Origin: Tubiluchus corallicola
Taxonomy: Eukaryota; Animalia; Priapulida
Direction of reading: 5' to 3'
Assembly (NCBI GenBank): GCA_030141605.1
Contig: JAQGDQ010000003.1
Coordinates: 1,860,001 to 1,924,000 of the forward strand
Length of the DNA stretch: 64,000 bases
Below the pieces are notes generated by a model, which did not search any database, was not told the DNA's origin, and saw only the letters and a program-made list of their open reading frames with translations. A program made the translations under genes and the position numbers. Every line of letters starts with the position of its first letter. Within the stretch, counting starts at the first letter, position 1. Shown here piece after piece: positions 12,798 through 27,130 of this stretch.

Positions 12798-15700
12798 TTG
12801 TTGTATTAATTGCGATGAAAATTGATTATAGTTTATTATAGTTCAGCGACATTGCTTTTGATTAGTAATCATCTTATAAACGGACTTATAAATTAGTCGC
12901 CTTTAATTAGTCTACATAGGCCAGTTTCTCAAGCAGCTGTTTGTTTTCCTAATCTCGGCCGGTAACGGCCCAATGCAGCAATGGAATTTTTTATGGCGTA
13001 CACTTTCATTCAATTTGTGCCAACCTGCCCATTGTATCTGCTCAGTGTTCTGTGCTCATCAATGATTTTGAAAACAGAATTAAATTTAATATACGTGCAA
13101 TTTTGAACTAACAATAGTATAATTTTGAACATATACTATAATTCTCAGCATATACTATACTACCTTATACTATACAGCTGACTATATGTATATAGTCACA
13201 CGCTCCAATGCTGACCCTATGCAACGTTACAAAGGTCTCAAGGTCTTAAGACGCAGCTGTCTTCAGTGCTCAGTCACAATTAGTTTGGTCAAACTGTTTC
13301 ACTGATCGAATCTGTAGAGAGCAGAACTCGACATGAGACTGAGGCGTCTATGTGACAAAATTGTTTGTGTTTAATACATTTATTTATAACATGTAGAATA
13401 TCATTATTCAGAACTTAACCCCCTTCTTTACAAACACTTATAAATCGTATTTTTTTCTCATAAATAGAGCTCCTTGTACAGTTTTTTCCGAAAGAAATTA
13501 CCATAGTTCATTGAAATACCAAAAGTCTTAAGTCGAATCCAATATAGCAAAGGCCTCTTTCAAAGTAATCCTTTATACCAAAAATATCTTTCATGTCAAG
13601 TTCCAAAATGAGATTTCAACTAAGAAGCTATCACTAACTGTGGGAACCTTGAAAGTTAATTCAGATCTAAATGTATCTAAAATCTGAACTTGATTATAGA
13701 AATACAATAGAAACTACAGAATGTTCTACAGAATAATTATTAATTAGTCCTGTTTGACAACTATTATTAGTATACGTTTGTTCAACTGCATTTAACTACA
13801 TTTACAAATCATGGTATCAGCCTTATTCCTTGTCACTCGCTACTGAATCCGGATCGACGGTTCTGAGGTATTATGAGGTGTTACTGGACACTAAACTTCC
13901 TGGACGTTGCTGATAAACAAACAAGTGGCAAGATTCCGCAGGAAAAACAATTTCGCCGACAAATACTGATGATATAAATAGCAGCTGTTGACTGGATGCG
14001 GAAAACAGGGCTAGAAAATTTCGGTTCACGTTCTCTTCCTGAATGTAGAATTAAAACCAAATCTGTAATCCTATAAGTAACATCTACATGTTCAGATGAA
14101 TTAAAACGTCGTTTTTGCATTCTCACGCAACTGTTGTGCTATTATGCGTGTATTCGCGATCTGAGTCGTCTTCATGATCCAAGCGTGCATTGCAATGCAA
14201 TAATCTAGTGGATTTACTCATTCTACTGATCATTAGACTCCCATTACTAACTGCAAATATGATTGCCTATGACAATGAGGATTTAATTAGCCACCACACA
14301 GTTCATGCTGTTCGATGCAGCAGCCGGCTTCGAGATGCGAAACTACACAATAAAAATGGGACAAATGCAAAAGGTTTCCTTGACTTTAGTTTGTGTCGTT
14401 AGGCTATAATTTTTCTGCGAAACGTCGTGTTTTGAAGGATTATTGTCTTTGAAAAGTTGGATAAGCATTTATGTAAACATCATAGTTTAACTTCTGATAT
14501 TTTAATGATTTTAGGAAATGAAGCACTGAAGTGCATGGTTAACCTACCAGGCATGCTTCAATGAGTCGTACACCGACACTATATAGGTCCATGTATTCAA
14601 TTGACGTCAAATAAAATGTCAATCATTCTCAGTGAAGCTCTGCTGATTGTCCAACCAGTGTGCATGTTTTTCACACGCCCACAGAACCGCTTCATTACCT
14701 CATCTTTCGGGACAAGAGCTCTAACTATGTATTGTCGGAATATGTTATATTCCTCTGAAAAATGCTCAACTTGTTAGAAATTTGCGGGAGAGAAATCAGT
14801 CTGGTTTTAGATCTTATTTTAGGTTGTTGATTGCCTGTATTGTCGATTAAAATTGCAGGTGAATTAGTGGAAATACATAGCATAATTTCGTTTTTTATAG
14901 GAAGAAATGCGCAGCACTTGCGTCTATGAGTTACTGATTTTGCTGTTAATAAAATGCGCAATTAAGTTTAATGTAAGACCTTACAAGCTAGGTAAAGACA
15001 AGTATTAACTTTAAAAAATACAAATTAACTTAACGAGGTTAATTTCGCCGATCATATGACGCTGATTTAATGATCGGAAATGTAAAATGGCCTACTTGAA
15101 CATAGGTGACAATGACTTTTTATAACTTTATAATGAAGCCCGAGTTGGCAGGTATAAATGATTCCAGGTTAACATGCATGTAAAAATTACAGCATGAGTA
15201 TTTCTAAGTAGGCTTGCGCAGGTTGTAGGAATGGCCAGTTAGCAATAGCTGAAGCCCAGCGGCAAAGTTGTACTCATCTAAGGGAATACGTGACAACTGT
15301 CAGGATTATGTGGTAAGCGAGCACACTCATAGGAATTCACATTCAGGCAAAATGTTTTCTTTTCTGGTCACTTTTTCAAACCTCAATAAGATCATCACGG
15401 TCAAAATTAATTCAAATGTGGTCAAAATTTATCTTATATATAAACGTAAAATTTGTATCCCGAAATAGTCAATTTTTGCTATTTTCCTGGCTATAATCAT
15501 AATTAAAAGATGCCATTTGGACTTGGGCAAGATCGTTTACGGAATAAAATAATCAAATTTATTCCATTTCTGTAGTCTAACAAACAGTTGAAAAAAACGC
15601 AAAAAGTGGATAAAAGCTTGCGAACGACCACATGATTAGTTAAAATTAGAAAAAAATACGTCGCAGGTATGATGTGTTCGTATATTCAAAGGCAAAAGAG

Positions 15701-18700
15701 ACTTTCGTACATATATGTTGTTGCCCATTTATTGTAAAGCAAGGCTAACTGGCTTAGTTTCTTTATTATACTTATGTTTCTACATTTTGTAGTGCTTTGA
15801 AACTTCGTCTCTACATTCTGTTTAAATTGAAAAGCCATTTTTGGCTACTTGAAGTGTTATTTTCGGGTAAAAATAGCCGCTGCTCTGTTTATGTTTATGA
15901 AAAAGTGCAATCAGTTTATCTGCTGATTAGACATTAATTGTGACTGTCATGTTGTTTAGTTTAGTTTAGACAGTTGTTGTCCAGCGTGAGCTGTTGTCCC
16001 GAATGCCGCTGAGTGTGCTTACATTACAGCGGAGGCGGAGCGATAGACCAATGTGTTTGACGTCAATTCTCACGAAGACGTTGAATAAAACAAAACAGTT
16101 TTCTCGTGATGTATTATGTGCTTCTACAATACTTGTATAATCCAGCTTCAATGCATATAAAGTGTACATGTTTTGGATTTAACTATTAGACCGGGCAATT
16201 TCGATTTGACTTCCCTACTGCTTTTGCACTTTATTTATTTAGGGTTATTGTGGATACGTTCACAGCATTTTGTCGAGTACCGCACCAAATACGACACTTG
16301 TATAAAATTAGTAAATACCGTATTTACTTCAGTTAATCATACAAATGAACTGTCGGTAGCGCTCTGTCCTTTCTCAATCAATGAAACTATAAAAAGAACA
16401 CAATTCTGTTACACAACTTTGTCATTAAAATACCAACAAGACATTAAACAATCGCGAGGTTCAAGGATTGATTAATACTTTAACAAAATGCCAACTCTCT
16501 GAAGAGCAATGATTTTCTGCTTCACAAAGGGTGAGCTATTGTTTCGGGCAACAGCACTTCACATTAGCAATCAATTTAATCACGCTTTGCCATCAACAAA
16601 GTAAGTAGTAATTGTTGACTGCACAATATATGTATGACATAAACGAGTTTCTACCATGCAAGCTTTAGACCAACATAAGCTCAACATTTAATTATGGATT
16701 CTTGCAGAAAATAAAATGAAATTTGATTTCACATAAACACGTGTGACGTGTGATAAGTAGAGAAATTTGGGAATCTTCAGATGTACAGAGAAAGCGTAAG
16801 TTTCATCAGTTAATGTGTAAAAATATAAAAACCACACAAGTGAAGCCAGTTTATCAGTGACAGGGCTGTTGCAAAAGTTCCAATAGAACTGCCTTATTTC
16901 TATAGCTTATTAGCCCCTTTACAAAAACACTTTAACGTATACAAGAAATGCGTTTGGATGAAATAATAATCCTTTTGGAAAGGCATCAATTAAACAAATA
17001 CATTGTATTTTTGAATGGCCCTATTAAAACTACATAGGTCAAGGCAAAATTGTTGAAGATCGATATGAGACTAACAGACAGTTGCTGGAACAAGGAAATT
17101 TAATTTACCTTACATACAGCAGGTCAACATAATTGTATTACTACATATTGTGGATGGATAATCCTTGGTTTACCGCAGCTTTTGTACTGCATTTGGTTTC
17201 TATAGATATACCTGCACCAGTTCTTCGCACAGCTGGTTGTATGTCCGTTTATACATATTAAACTACAAATTATTTAATAAATCAAATTAGCATAGAGATG
17301 TAAGCCTCTTCAAAGAATATTTTGTCGATTAGGACTGATGCAAGATATTGGGAATTGATAAACTTGTAAATGGCAATTTAGCATACTAACAGCTTTATTA
17401 ATGAGGGTAATATTGCTACTTAATTGCTTTGCGCTGTTATAATGATAATCAGAAACAATTCGGCTTCATGCATAATAATATGACTTTTGCAATTTTGCAA
17501 TTGCCTGTAGTTTGCAGCTTTTAACTCACTCCAAACATTAAGTAAATTTATGTCATTTCCATAATTATTACTCACTTGTGAATTCAGTGACGTAAAATGG
17601 AAACCGTTTTAATATTTATTTATTCCTATAGCTATACAGGAGCCCTGTTATATTACGTCCGCTTAATTTAACAGATGTTATATTAACAGTATAATTTTTA
17701 ATAAAATATGCAAAGACATGTTTGCTGACTAACACAAAACTACAGACCATGTAAGCGTTGTACTATGCTGCAATGATTAAGCAAACTAGACCTTGGTCTT
17801 TGTTTTGCTGAGGCCAACAGCACACGCGTGTCTTAGGTAAACTGATAAAGGTAAGCGTACACCCATTTATTGCTATGCCAATGTTTGCAGGTAATAATTA
17901 ATGCAGTTAATTACAAGCTATCACTTTAGTATGAACGACCAATTGAACAGACGCAACTTTTATTAGCTACCTGCCATATCTCAAATGGAAGACACTAATA
18001 AATTATTGTTAGTTTAGGTTACACAGGACTATTTCTAAAAGCACAAAGTTTAAAAGTGCAAATATCAATAGCTACTTGTAGGAGCAAAAATGCGTCAACC
18101 AAGCGGTTCTGACTACATTAGTCTAAATTAACAGGTACCTAAAAGCTTACTATAAGTTGTATCTAACTTGCTTTAACAATTATTGCGAGAAGTGATAGTA
18201 GTCTTACTCTCATCTGACACCGGAAAATGACCCAACCAGCCCTTGGATTCATAAATGAATTAACTCATTCAACTACAATGTATTACTCTTACATTTAATG
18301 AATTATTAATCATGGGATAGCCTATTAAGTGTTGTCTTGCAGACACAGGAGAGACTAGAATAATGATCAGGCCTATAATTCTGTGAGCGTGTAGGCTAGT
18401 TGATGGAGTAGATAATTAAATTGTTTCCTTCTTAGTTCTTGCCATATGCACAGTTCACTTTTAGAAACAGCAAATAAATTGTAAATCTAAATCTTTCTAA
18501 ATCTGAAGCGTACGCGTTCATAAATTATATTACATTAGCTTGTCATTTGTAATACCATCACAGAAACGTAAAGAGCGCAATGTCAGCTTATTTATCTGCT
18601 AGAAAAGAATCTAAAGAATTGATATTTTCTCATCCGACGCTTTACTAGATTGTGAAGCCCTATGGATAATAACGTATCACGCTATGGCCCATTACATTGA

Positions 18701-21700
18701 AAAATAGCTTGTTATTAACTTTGAGTGTACATTGATCTTTCCAAATACCTCTTTGGAGAATTCGATGCTTCGAGCGTACAAATGTAATCCTAAGTTGGAG
18801 AAGCCAGCATTTGATTAAATAACAAATATAACATCGCATTCAAAGAAAAAATGAAGTAGAACTGAAAAGAAAATGAATAAAAGAATAATTCAGAGTCAGA
18901 AAAAAGGAAACAAGAAAGGCAGTTACAGAAAAAACGGAAGGATAAGGGGTACAACAGTCAAGATAAAGTGGAAAAAATTATGGAAAGGGCGGGTCTTTAA
19001 ACGCTTCCAATGATATTAATAAATGTTGTGTTATTGTAAAGATATTCATAGCAGAATATCATTATTCACACCAACATCAAAATTCAGTTTTACATTAAGC
19101 CAAAATACAAAACTCACGAACATTTTCAAACAATATGTGAAATGCTGACAGCCTTTCTCTTTTAATCATTACAAAGTTCATGACATGATGCATTGGTGTT
19201 TAGACAGTGACATAATTGCACTAATTGAAACCCGACGATGGAAGAACTGAACTGCGAGTTCTTCCCACAACAAAGAAGCCCCATGTTGGATCATTGATGA
19301 TACACGCAAGTCGCGTGACCACCAACTCGGGGTAAACATTTACAAAACTGATCTGATTTCTGACTTGAGCAACTAATTCGTAAGAAGATCCACGAGAAAA
19401 TAAACAGAATTAGTAAAACGTTATGTTTCTTGTGGTTGTATTACAGGCATCAAGCTAGCACATTGGCGTATAGTCTGTGGCATTTCGAATTATTTCTCTT
19501 TGGTCTAAGGTATATATATTCAAGTCTGCACCTTGCCTGTCAAGACATCTATATCTTCTTTGTGTGTAACGCAGGTGGGTAATAAAGCCCAATAAACTGC
19601 CACTTCAGAGAAAGTAGCCACTCTCTGCGATCATATATCAACTGGATTATAACAAGATTTCATTATTTATATATATAATGGCCGTTCTATATTTGGTTAT
19701 ATTAACTCGATGGATGTGGATGTTTAATTTAGTCTAAACCGTCAAAGGCAAAACGAATAAAAGCAGATAACATTTAAAATAAATAAATGATTCTGGTTCT
19801 GCCCTTATGGCAACATGTCGCGAGACGTAGTACTTTGCGATAACGTCCAGAAAAAAGTTCTGTCTGGAAGAGATAAATCACAATAGCAACTGAACTCACA
19901 ATCACTTTCTTTGACTCAAGATGAAAAGCAAATACGCATGAGTCCAGTTCCAAAGTTCTAATCTAACTATATTACGTAGAAAGCAACGTCTAAGAGTGGC
20001 AAAAGATCAGTGCATGTAACAGTTTAGTTGTCTGTGATTGGGCAGTATCAACTTTTTTACGGTAGTCTAGGCTTACTGTTCCATACCTAAGATTACCAAA
20101 AGTGCAAGTTTTCTTGCATCTTCTTCAAATAGTTTTTGCGGTAATATAACTGGGTTGACATAGGCTGTTAGAGTTGATCTGTCATGACTCACTTGCTTAC
20201 ACAGCGCATCATCATTATATATTAGAAAAGGAGGTTTTTCAAAGCTAGCTGGGGTCCAATATGCAGCTGAATAGGTTTCGCGGAAAGGCACTTGTAGATG
20301 AATGGCATGGCAGAGGCAGTTAGCATGAAATTAGAATCCAGCAGCAACATTCTACATTGTAGGACAAACGTTGTATGTACAGTGAGACATGTTTCCGATT
20401 TGAATTGTCAAAAGCAGCTGCCATTTCTCAGCATTCGTTTTAATATGAAGTACTTACATACTTACGTAATAACTTGCTCACCACAGCCGCATTTTCATGT
20501 CAAAAGCAAGTGCATCCAATTTTTAAAGATTAAAAATTGCGGTTTTCGCTTTACTTTATCTTTCTTGTATTTTTGTATTGATACTTCCCCCTTCCTCACC
20601 CTTCCGCCCTCTCTTTTCTTGTTCATTTTTTAATTCTCCTCTCTCTCTCTCTCCTTCTCCCCTCCCTCTATCTTTCTCCCACTTTTTCCGACTGTCTCTT
20701 TCTCAACTATAGAACCACATGTTTTTGTGCTGCGTATAAATTAATTGCTACCTAGAAGACTTAGTGTAAATTTTTAGCAAAAAACATAAAACTTTATTTG
20801 CCACTGTCAACTCTAATTTAATGAACTTGTAGAGATAAGTTCATAGGTGTTTAAGTATTTAACGTGAAATTGGAAAATTTCCAGTAACAGATATTAATTT
20901 AATTCTTATGAATTTTATATAAAAATATTTGAACTGAAATGAAATTTCGCATTTTATAGCTGTTTCAGTTTGGCTTAATTTTAGTGACAGAACCATAACT
21001 ATTCAGAGTCGCTTCAACGTTGTAAAAACAAAAGATTAAAAAAAAGAAGACATGTCTAAGAATCTACCCAAGAAGCCAATAAATTTTGATGTGAGGCTCT
21101 GTAACGAGCTTGTAGACCCTCTGGTCCAACATGATATTACCAACTGTGACCATCGCCTGGCGGTGCCTCTTCAAAAGTCTAGAAAGTTTGTATCAAAATT
21201 TTGGCTCTAAAGCAATGTGATGTGAGCAAAAATTGTCATTCATTTCTAACGAACTCGTGAAGTAGTCACATACCGCCTAATTTGACTCGCTGGTTTTGAT
21301 CAGTTTAGCACCTCACTTTTTGCTTTAGTCTTAGAATGGTTTCTTCTCCAAGATAAGCGCAAAAGTAAGCAGACACCAAACTGTACGGTGTTTTTGCAAG
21401 AGAATCCCGAGACAAGTGGAAACACTTTAAGTGACGCTTTAAGAACGTTTTAGATGAAGTAAAACAAGCTGCTGCAGCCAATAAGTCTGATATCATCGAA
21501 AATAACAGTATTTAGCATGCGCATCGCTCCTTCTGATTTTGTTATTGCAAGTGCTTCTACAACCTATTTAGAAGCGGAGATAAAAACATAACAGCGTCAC
21601 GCTTTTCCCAAGCGATCCCATATTTGCCAACCAATATCCTGCAAAATGCAGACTAGGTATGCATCCCACGTTCCCTAGGTTTACCAAGGGAAAAGGTGCA

Positions 21701-22863
21701 CGGCTTAGACAAAATTGATTTCCCTAAAAGTTGGTTTGCCATTTTTTGTTTTTACTTTGGGTGATTACAATAATTATTGGTTAAGTTGTAAAATCTTTTC
21801 ATAAATAATAGGTAATGCTCACTACTCAGTTATTAATGTTTAGTGCAGGTTTGCAGGGCTGGGTGTAGCTATCACTGTCTGATTATAATTACAGTACACT
21901 TAAGTGCACATGATTACTGTAATAATGACAATCATTCCAAATTTATCATTTATAACTTTACATAGTTAAGATAGAAATATAAATATTTTTCCTCAAAAGA
22001 CAATTCGTACTTACGTAATTGCAGTAAAGGCAAAAAAAGGCTAGGTATAATTCATCAAGAAGCAAGAGACTTGCAAAGTTTCGCAACGGCCAAATTTTTA
22101 AAATAATAAAATGATGGACGCGAAAGAAGTTCATTAGCACAAAACAACTAAGGTACGAAGAAAGTAGTAATGTTGGTCGTAGTAGTCACAATTGAAGTAG
22201 AGTCAATGTGAGTATTGTTCACTGAAAATTGAGGTTTCATTCTCGTGCTCAAAGCAGGCACTCAATTCGCGCGAACGTAGTTAAAAAATCATAACTATAC
22301 CGTAACGTTGCGCAAACATCAGAAAGTTGTGAAAAATTTAAAACCAGCTCACCGATAGCGAATTAATCCCATTTATTGCGTTCTCGTTGCGGTAATACCA
22401 AATTAATGAGCAAAGGCTCTCAGAAAAATCATTAACAGCTAATTTATCTCTGTAGGCTTCCCTTGAAGCCGCTTAAACGTGCTTTAATAAAATTACTGAG
22501 CAAAGTTACAAACCTTTGAATAGTTTCACAGTCAAAGGAAGCGAAAAGGCGTTACTCAGGTGCAAATTTATTACCGTGACATTTATTGTTACTGTTATTG
22601 ACGCATGCAATTGTGCGAGATTATTTCATTAAGTACCGTAACAGCTAAGCGTTTATCGGGCATACAATAATTATTCGCATTAACGTGCTTTTGAAAAATG
22701 CTTAAGTACATATATTAAACGAAAATGTTATTGGGAGAAAATCACATAAAATAGTACAATTTTTTGTGAGAAAAGGTGTATAATTTAGTAATTTTACTCG
22801 CAAAATTAATTCAATTCGGTCATCCGATATAAAATAACATGCTTTTAAAAGTGATAGCCTTGT

Positions 22864-23255
22864 TGGCTAAATTAATAATCGAATTTACAAAGAGGAACAC
22901 ATTAAAATTATGAATTGAGCCGGATTCGAATCCAGCCTCTGTAATTTCAGATCACATGCTTTATCCCTTTGAGCTATCAACCAAGTGACCTAAGTAGACC
23001 TGAACGCTCGTATTCAGCCAGAGCTACCTTGTGCTGTATTTCGAAGTTCTGAAATTAATAGTGGCTAAATTAATAGTCGAATTTAGAAAGGGGAACACAT
23101 TAAAATTTTGAATTGAGCCGGATTCGAATCCAGCACTTTGTAGTTTCACATCACATGCTTTATCCCTTTGAGCTATCAACCATGTGACCAAAGTAGACCT
23201 GAACGCTCGTATTCAGCCAGAGCTACCTATTGCTGTATTTCGAAGTTCTGAAATT
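22864..23255 (-). repeat. Tandem duplication (~199-bp unit x2), each unit carrying a tRNA-like pseudogene or SINE head
   Basis: Units 22864-23062 and 23063-23255 are highly similar. The minus strand of 22912-22982 and 23110-23181 reads GGTTGATAGCTCAAAGGGATAAAGCATGTGAT...GGATTCGAATCCGGCTCAATT, with A-box-like and B-box-like motifs and imperfect stems. Confidence 0.85.
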
Positions 23256-26200
23256 CAAATTTATTGGATTCTAAAATAGGATTAAACGTCATGAACTCAC
23301 CTGAGCTGTCGCATAATGCAAAATCCAACATGCAGTGGAACAATATCATCTGCACAGTGCAGCACAAACATCGTACGTGGAATTGTCTCATATTCACATC
23401 TTTGCTTCTACTCAATTATCTTGGAACATTCACTGGAATTCAATACACACTTCGCGTAGACAGTGAAAAAACAAAAATATCCGTTGCTATCAATTGTTCA
23501 AAGTTTTCATGATAACGACAGTCAATATACCAAAAGTGGCAGAATACTCGAACTTCATGCTTGCACAGTGAAACCTGTAGTTCTCATTCATCATAAGCAA
23601 CTGAAGGCAAGCACTGTGCGCAGCCGCACACGCAGCAACAGTAACTAGGAAAAGTTCTGCTTCATACTGCGTCGTACAGAGATATGCTTATGTGGATTTG
23701 CAACTTGTAGAAAAGCGGCAGTGTATTGTTTAACTTTGACAAAAACTGTTCTTGCACGATTTTTCTGAATTTGAAGAACCTCGGCCCAAAAAATACATTA
23801 GCACAGTATACTGCCTTGCTCCTCCTCACGAAGAATCACTCACAAACAACTGACAGTTACGAAGTAAAATTGGAAGAAGGAATAAGCGTATAAAGCAGTC
23901 TAAATTACAACTCCTGTTCTTTTCAGTTTCTGCAAAAATATGTAAACAAAAAACTTGAGAATTGAGAATTCAACGAAATGATTTGTTTTCCTGAGTTCTC
24001 TGCCTCTTTTTGTTTTCCTTTTTTCTGCTGATTATAGGCCTGAATTTGTCAGGAAATGAAATTGCTTTTTGTATTGAAAGAAGTTCATATACCGGCAGAA
24101 GATGAAAAATCGCAGTAAATGTAACAATGATTTAATCATCTGCTAAGCTTCATAATTCATAGAGTTATAAAGAACAAAGGATAGCATGTACAACAACAGA
24201 TATATTGACTTTTCGACTGTATTATATGACTTTTGTCGTTTTATCGTTTTGACATTTATTAATGTTTCATTATGTAACCAAAGGCTGATTGTGTAACAAT
24301 GCAGCATTATCTAACAAAAATGCTACATTGTTTAACACATCACAAAATTTGATATGATGTAACAAACTGTGTCTTTACGTAATAGTTATTATGTAACACT
24401 ATGCATTACGTAAGAAACTAATGTAACGTTGGCCGTGGTCTGTGAATATGCCCTGTCATTGTCTGGGTTTGCTCTAACTGGACTGGGTCAGTTTCTTTCT
24501 CTTCTAGTGAGCAGAAAATTACAATTCACGAAACAAGGAATGGCCCCCAGTCCGCTCCTTTCACACAAAATCAGCGGCATACACCAAAGAAATCGCTGAC
24601 TAACGAAAAATTTTGATGAAAACTTTTGCAGATGGTTGGGTCAACATGACGTTGTCACAACACGTGTACAATAATTATTATGTTGAAACCACATCGTGAT
24701 CACTGAATGTGCCGTCCCATTTTCGAAAGATGGGAGCTATTATTACTGAGCCAAGCAGGATGACTAATAGCAATGAGCGAGGAATGAGTAAAAAGGCGTG
24801 ACCGGCTCACAATGACTGAAACTAGCAACTCAAATTGATGAATGCCCAATTGATCCAGGCTTAACTACACAAATAGGGAAATAATTAAGCAAGAATGTAT
24901 GTGAAACCACACAGCTTGTTGGTTTCAATACTTGAGGCATTAACAGCTGAAGACATAGTTAAGGAGTTAACAGTGAAAATGTCCTAGTTTCAATCTCCAA
25001 TCACTGATTAATAATTATTGTGTTGAAACTGACTAAAACTCAGGAACTAACTTTAACAGCTCTAAGTAAGTCTATAAGGGTGTATCCACATCTTATACCT
25101 ACTAACAACGGCAGTGAAATTCTTGCTGGATTCTATCCATCTAAACAATTATAAATAATTTAATAAATGGCAATATGCATCATTAAACTGTCATCTTGCA
25201 GGTGTGATGCAGTTGTTATGATGTGCGCTTTGGCACGCCACCTTGAGTTGTCAGTATGTTCAGTTTTTGATATTGATGCTTAACTAATTTTTTGATGCAC
25301 AATTCTCCATCCCTCACACACTTGCAACTGATATAATTTTTCTGTCATGCTTCCACAAATAGATGATTTGTGAATCTTATGTGCGTATATGACAACGGTT
25401 TGTGCGTAACGTGTGACAATCTTCCATCATGATTTCAACTAGTTTATTTGAGTGTTTCAACACAATTAATATTTCTATAACAACTTCCTGGTTTCTTTTT
25501 ATCTAGTACTGAGACTGGTGTTCACGAGCACTTGCTTGTTCACGCTTCAACTATTTATCAGGCATGGTTAGTGTGAGCGTTAGAAAACCTTCTCCAGAAT
25601 GATTTCACCGGCAATGCTTTTTATTTCTCTTCTTCGAACTGTGTTTCTCGCTTCTCATTTCTGAAGTCTAGCGAGACTTCTCATTTCGCTAGACTTGTGT
25701 TGCAAATGGTGGTTTTGTTTGTAAAGTAGTAGTTAATTTATTTACTCATCTGATTTGCGTGACGGTCACGATGATGCGCAGGTGACATAACAACTAATTT
25801 CATTGAGGATAAGATGTTACCAGGGCAACGAAATGCTGCAGTTCAGCGCATATCACTACACTATCTCTTCCAAGCCACAGATACTTAATAATTTTCTAAA
25901 TGACATGCAACTTAAATACAAGTAAGATTCAGTCTTTTTGCGTGTCTTCATGTACAAAATAAAATGCAAACGGTTGCAATATTTCTACCATTCCTAACAA
26001 TGATCAAGCAGCATTTCATTAAGGAGTATAATAGATTCCAACTGTTATTATGCAGGGGTCCTTAATGTGGTATTAGCCATTATGCACTTGTCTCCGGTTG
26101 GTGCTATGGGATTAAAAAGAAAAGCCACTTTATCACTCATTTTATCAGGATAGAATATGATGGGAACTGTGCAGTTATTGTTACGTGCACCAGTTAATAA

Positions 26201-26945
26201 AATGGCCTAAATATTATTAAAGTCGATGAAGATCTTTAGTAAAGGTTTCCATGGTACATATGCAAATTTATTCAAATTGCACGTAAATGCACATCTCCAT
26301 CTTCGGCGTACATGCAAGTTCGAACCATTTTTAGAACACTATTCCTGCTGCGTCATTGGAAAAAGTGAAATCTAATTATGCAAATCACATCGGGCTGAAG
26401 CCGATAACTGGCAATATTAAAAGCTGCAAGTGTTTCTGTTTAATTATATGTTCAGCATTTGATTCATACTGAAATAACATCCGAGTGCTGTACTAGACTT
26501 GCAAGTCCACCTTTTTAAACAAAACATACTGTCACTATAAGAAGCAGTGGTCCTGAGTTCTTATATAATTAAAAGGAACATTTTCAGTTTTTTTCACTCA
26601 TATCTACTCTTAAAGTATGCACGCTTGAAGGCGAAGTAATTAGCAAAGCATTTCCATTTCACAATGGAGAATCCTGGTCCACAGTAAGAATAATTACATA
26701 AAGCCTTAGATAACACGGAGCTAATTCTTACTGATAACAATAAATAAACCCCTCAATAAAGAAAAAATAAAAGCACCACGTTTCAGTTTACCACTGTGGA
26801 TTACCTTCGCTACAAAGGATGACTAAATACTAGTTTTTTTAGCACTAATATTTTGCCTTTTCACCTGAAAATAGCCCACAGTCGTCAGCTGAAACGCCAC
26901 GCCATTCTTCTTTGTTTAAGGGATTTTCTATTTACTATCTATCTA

Positions 26946-27130
26946 GGTAAGTAAGTAAGTAAGTAAGTAAGTTTATTAGTTTATCACCATTTTTAAAATA
27001 GCAAAATACATAACTAAGAGCTTTATAAATCTTTACAACATACAATAATATTACAAGTGCAAAAGTAATTATTGATTAGTGGTGAAAGGGTGGCGAAAGA
27101 ACTATAAGTTATCCAGGTCAAGCCCTGAAC
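26946..27130 (-). mobile_element. Probable 3' tail of a CR1/L2-type LINE ending in AATAAA(CTTA)n
   Basis: Minus strand ends ...ggtgataaactaataaa(ctta)n, a microsatellite tail directly after AATAAA as is typical of CR1/L2 3' ends; no ORF recognised. Confidence 0.45.

Noticed and set aside
22912-23181. Calling the two tRNA-like units functional tRNA genes
   Set aside because: Acceptor and D stems are mismatched, the anticodon is ambiguous, and it differs between the copies.
23600-23800. Possible degenerate THAP-domain remnant
   Set aside because: Only scattered residues across different frames; not supportable.
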